NCBI GenBank assembly: GCA_963828525.1
Contig: CAWHEP010000006.1
Span: 1-64,000, forward strand
Source: an uncultured Verrucomicrobiae bacterium
Lineage (GTDB): Bacteria > Verrucomicrobiota > Verrucomicrobiia > Chthoniobacterales > Chthoniobacteraceae
Direction: 5' to 3'
Length of the DNA: 64,000 nt
Positions within the stretch are counted from its first letter, which is position 1. Every line of letters starts with the position of its first letter. Below the pieces are notes generated by a model. It was not told where the DNA came from. It ran no database searches and saw nothing but the letters and a program-made list of their open reading frames with translations. Positions 60,479-64,000 of this stretch are shown here, piece by piece. Position numbers and translations under genes: made by a program.

Positions 60479-63214
60479 TTGTTTCTTCATTTCCCACCCC
60501 CTGGAATTACAGGAAGGCTCGCTGCTCTTGTCGGCGCCGTTTTCTTTTCCGCATCCGTCTGCGCGGCGACGCGGAGTGGAGAGGTCATCCTTGGCGAGAT
60601 GAATTGCGTGGCTTGCCACACCGCCGAAGCTCCGGTCGCCGCCCGGCTTGCTTCCAAGCGCGCGCCAGTTCTCGGGGAGAACGGTCTTCGCATTACCCCG
60701 CAGTGGCTTCGCTCTTTCCTGATGAATCCACAAGGAGTGACGCCCGGAACCACGATGCCGGACGCTCTGCATTGGATGGGAGCCAAGGAGAAAGCAGAGA
60801 CCGTGGACGCTCTTGTTCACTATCTCATATCTTTGCAGAGTCCTCATGACGCGGCCACATTCGCCGACGCGACAGTCGTAGCGAAAGGCCGCGACCTGTA
60901 CCACACGGTTGGCTGTGTGGCGTGCCACGCGCCGGACGATCCGCCGCCCCACGGAACAAATGACACCGTATCCAAATCGGAGATCGATCAGCTAAGCCGC
61001 GATTCCGTTCCGCTCGGCATGCTGGATCAAAAAACCACAGTGCCGGAGATGGCTGCTTTTTTGCGCAATCCGCTGCAAATCCGCCCTTCAGGCCGGATGC
61101 CTTCGTTGAAGCTGGGAGACGCTGAGGCAACCGCTATCGGCATGTATCTGCTCCGCGGGCAAATGCCCGAGGGCGGGGCGACGAAGGGGAGGGGACTCGC
61201 GTACGAACTTTTCGAAGGCAACTTCTCCGAGATTCCTGATTTTGACCGCCTCAAAGTCAACGCATCAGGTGTTACCGAAAAAATAAAGGCCCTTCCACGG
61301 CAGGGGGATACAAGTTTTGCAATGCGGTTTACCGGCACGCTAAAAGCGCCGATCGAGGGGGAGTACGTTTTTTCCGTGAAGGCGGGGGGCGCAACCAGAC
61401 TCTCCATCGATGAAAAGCTGTTGATCGATAACGGGATGCATCATGGCAAGGAGAAAGGCGAGCGAATCGTCCTTACAGCAGGCGATCACCTCATCTCCCT
61501 CCTCTACGCCAATGGCGGGGGGGGTGATGATCTCGCGGTGTCCTGGCGGGGGCCGAAACTTAAGGAGCAGGAGCTCGGGTCTGCGGCGCTTTCGCACCCG
61601 ACAACGCCCCTGTATCCCACCGCGGGGGAGGCCTTTTCCCTAGATCACTCAAAAGCCGAACGCGGCAGGCGCCTCTTCGCTTCGTTGAACTGCGCCGCAT
61701 GCCACCAGATTGGAGAGCGCGCGTTGGCGGCAAAGCCCCTCGCCAGTCTTGCCCTTGGCCGGCCGGACAGCTGCATCGGCAAGGCGGTCGCCAAAGGCCT
61801 GCCAAAATACGCGCTTTCTGATGAGGCGCGCGCCGCCGTCCAGACGACGCTCGGAGCGCTGGGGGAACTCGCGAAGCCTCTGGCGCCTGCCGAGCAAATC
61901 AACCGCACGATGTCCGCTCTTAACTGCTTCGCATGCCATAATCGCGCTCAGAGAGGGGGGGCGGAAGGCCCTCGCCGCGACTACTTCACCTCCGCCGGTG
62001 GCGCTGATGTGGGAGACGAAGGGCGTCTGCCTCCTTCGCTGAATGGGGTCGGAGCCAAACTGAAACCGGAGGCCATCGCCTCGATTCTCTGGCAGGGCGC
62101 GGTCGCGCGGCCTTACATGCAGACGCGCATGCCTCAGTTCGGCGAGGAGAATGTGAAACATCTCGTTCCCGCCTTTGATAGCGCCGACTCAACCAGCAAC
62201 CCTTTGCCTGAGCCGCCCGCATTCGCGTCCTCTGTCTCCACCGGGAGGAAGCTCGTGGGGGTAAATGGTCTGGCTTGCGTTGCCTGCCACACCTTCAAGC
62301 AGCAACAACTGGGTATCCCCGCAGTTGACCTGACATTGATGCACAATCGCCTGAAGTTCGATTGGTTTCATCGCTACGTTATCGATCCACAATCCCTGCG
62401 GCCTGGCACGCGCATGCTGAGTTTTTGGCCAGGTGGACACGCCGTGAATAAGCAAATCGCGGGCGGCGACACAGATCGGCAGATCGAAGCCATCTGGTAT
62501 TATCTGGCAAAAGGCGCGGAGGCCGATCCTCCGGATGGGCTCATCAAGGCGAAAATGGAACTGGTACCGGACAAGGAAGCCATCATCTACCGCAATTTCA
62601 TTCTGGGCGCGGGCGCGCGCGCGATCGGTGTTGGTTATCCAGAACGGGCTAATCTTGCCTTCGATGCAGAGGAGATGCGCCTGGCGTTGCTTTGGCAGGG
62701 ACCGTTCATTGACGCGTCGCGGCATAGGACCCAGCGAGGCCTCGGGTTTGAGCCTCCGCTCGGAACGAACGTTGTGAAGTGGACTGCGGGTCCGCCGCTT
62801 GCGGTTCTCCCTTCTCAGGCTGCTCAATGGCCTGCGGCTGTCGGTAAGGCGGGTGGCTTCCAGTTCCGGGGCTATCATCTGGATGAGGAGCAGCGCCCAA
62901 CGTTCCTTTATGACTATATGGGCACGCGCGTTGAAGACTACCCGCTTGCTGTCGCGCATGACCCCGACGCAGGATTCAGAAGGACACTCTCCTTCACATC
63001 TGCCCGTCCGCCCGCGCAACTTTACTTTCGAGCTGCCGCGGGAGCCGCTGTGGTTCAGAAGGCAAATGGCTCTTTCTTGGTGGATGACAAAGTTCTCGTT
63101 ACTTTGACAGGAGGAAAAGCGAGCATCCGCCGAACCGGAAAACTCTCGGAAATTATTGTGCCGCTGATCTTCCAGGACGGCAAAGCTCAGATCACGGAAG
63201 AACTCAACTGGTAA
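60479..63214 (+). CDS. Multiheme c-type cytochrome with PA14 domain
   Basis: Five CxxCH motifs (CVACH x3, CAACH, CFACH); PA14-like FAMRFTGTL...GEYVF. Confidence 0.88.
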   Translation: MFLHFPPPGITGRLAALVGAVFFSASVCAATRSGEVILGEMNCVACHTAEAPVAARLASKRAPVLGENGLRITPQWLRSFLMNPQGVTPGTTMPDALHWMGAKEKAETVDALVHYLISLQSPHDAATFADATVVAKGRDLYHTVGCVACHAPDDPPPHGTNDTVSKSEIDQLSRDSVPLGMLDQKTTVPEMAAFLRNPLQIRPSGRMPSLKLGDAEATAIGMYLLRGQMPEGGATKGRGLAYELFEGNFSEIPDFDRLKVNASGVTEKIKALPRQGDTSFAMRFTGTLKAPIEGEYVFSVKAGGATRLSIDEKLLIDNGMHHGKEKGERIVLTAGDHLISLLYANGGGGDDLAVSWRGPKLKEQELGSAALSHPTTPLYPTAGEAFSLDHSKAERGRRLFASLNCAACHQIGERALAAKPLASLALGRPDSCIGKAVAKGLPKYALSDEARAAVQTTLGALGELAKPLAPAEQINRTMSALNCFACHNRAQRGGAEGPRRDYFTSAGGADVGDEGRLPPSLNGVGAKLKPEAIASILWQGAVARPYMQTRMPQFGEENVKHLVPAFDSADSTSNPLPEPPAFASSVSTGRKLVGVNGLACVACHTFKQQQLGIPAVDLTLMHNRLKFDWFHRYVIDPQSLRPGTRMLSFWPGGHAVNKQIAGGDTDRQIEAIWYYLAKGAEADPPDGLIKAKMELVPDKEAIIYRNFILGAGARAIGVGYPERANLAFDAEEMRLALLWQGPFIDASRHRTQRGLGFEPPLGTNVVKWTAGPPLAVLPSQAAQWPAAVGKAGGFQFRGYHLDEEQRPTFLYDYMGTRVEDYPLAVAHDPDAGFRRTLSFTSARPPAQLYFRAAAGAAVVQKANGSFLVDDKVLVTLTGGKASIRRTGKLSEIIVPLIFQDGKAQITEELNW

Positions 63215-63219
63215 GCAAA

Positions 63220-64000
63220 ATGAAGACGTTGACCCTTCTGGTTCTTTGCCTTGCGCTGTGTCACATGACAAATGCTCGGGATGCGCGTCCCGCGTCGAGC
63301 GACTCCTCCGAGGCGGCGTATTACCGGATCATCACGTTGCCTACTCCCCAGGGTGTGCAGTTTGAAGCGGGTGAACTCTGTTTTTTGCCAGGAGATCGGC
63401 TCGCTGCCTCGACACGCATTGGGGACATATGGATAGCGGATGGTGTCCTTGGTGATCCGGCCAAGGTAAAGTGGAAGCTCTTCGCCAGCGGTCTCCACGA
63501 GATACTCGGCCTGGCGTATCGCGACGGCTGGATCTACGCGACTCAGAGGCCGGAAGTCACTCGCATCAGGGACAGCAAAGGCACGGGACGCGCGGACATA
63601 TTCGAGACGGTGAGTGATGCATGGGGAATTAACGGCGACTACCACGAATACGCCTTCGGATCGAAGTTCGATAAGCAGGGATACATGTGGGTTCTTCTCA
63701 CGCTTTCGGGATCGGTGGCGAGCAACTCCCCCTTCCGCGGTTGGGGGATGCGGATCGCGCCCGACGGAAGAACCATTCCTATATGCACCGGCATACGATC
63801 ATCTGGTGGGCTTGGCTTCAATGCGGCAGGCGACCTGTTTTATACAGATAACCAGGGTTACTGGAATGGCACGTGCCCGCTACGCCAGCTCATCCCGGGA
63901 GAGTTCGAGGGCAACCCCACAGGGCTGCCGTGGTTTGATAATCCTGCGACCAAAGCGTTTGCGACTTCCTCGGGCCTCATACGGCCCGCGGCCCCGAAGA
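63220..64000 (+). CDS. Secreted beta-propeller protein (glucose/sorbosone dehydrogenase-like), runs off the window
   Basis: MKTLTLLVLCL signal; FASGLHEILGL, DYHEYAFG, FYTDNQG; follows the cytochrome gene. Confidence 0.75.
   Translation, partial: MKTLTLLVLCLALCHMTNARDARPASSDSSEAAYYRIITLPTPQGVQFEAGELCFLPGDRLAASTRIGDIWIADGVLGDPAKVKWKLFASGLHEILGLAYRDGWIYATQRPEVTRIRDSKGTGRADIFETVSDAWGINGDYHEYAFGSKFDKQGYMWVLLTLSGSVASNSPFRGWGMRIAPDGRTIPICTGIRSSGGLGFNAAGDLFYTDNQGYWNGTCPLRQLIPGEFEGNPTGLPWFDNPATKAFATSSGLIRPAAPK

Overview
This is a GC-rich bacterial chromosomal window. Its gene content (DUF1501/DUF1549/DUF1553 module, planctomycete-type cytochrome c proteins) suggests a PVC organism, probably Verrucomicrobia (inference). 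Many otherwise intact genes carry single-base frameshifts, most likely long-read indel errors. Backbone genes include trpA, tyrS, gcvT-gcvH, a DAHP synthase, LptF/G, GH2, a glycogen debranching enzyme, glycosyltransferases and a Ser/Thr kinase. Two accessory regions stand out. (1) 1-4150: an Rhs polymorphic toxin plus immunity gene, an array of TGTC-like motifs at ~11-bp spacing, an XRE regulator and a truncated CHC2 zinc-finger primase. (2) 38451-43437: a 4,929-bp element integrated in tRNA-Leu(TAA) and bounded by a perfect 58-bp direct repeat. It encodes a tyrosine integrase, HicB-HicA, an excisionase-like HTH, a putative ssDNA-binding protein, a 17-bp hairpin (candidate origin), an HUH rolling-circle Rep, a NYN RNase and a GYF/zinc-ribbon/TM2 protein, with no recognisable virion or conjugation genes. 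It looks like a minimal integrative rolling-circle replicon or filamentous-phage satellite and is the best candidate for an undescribed system. Family assignments come from motif recognition by eye; no database searches were run.
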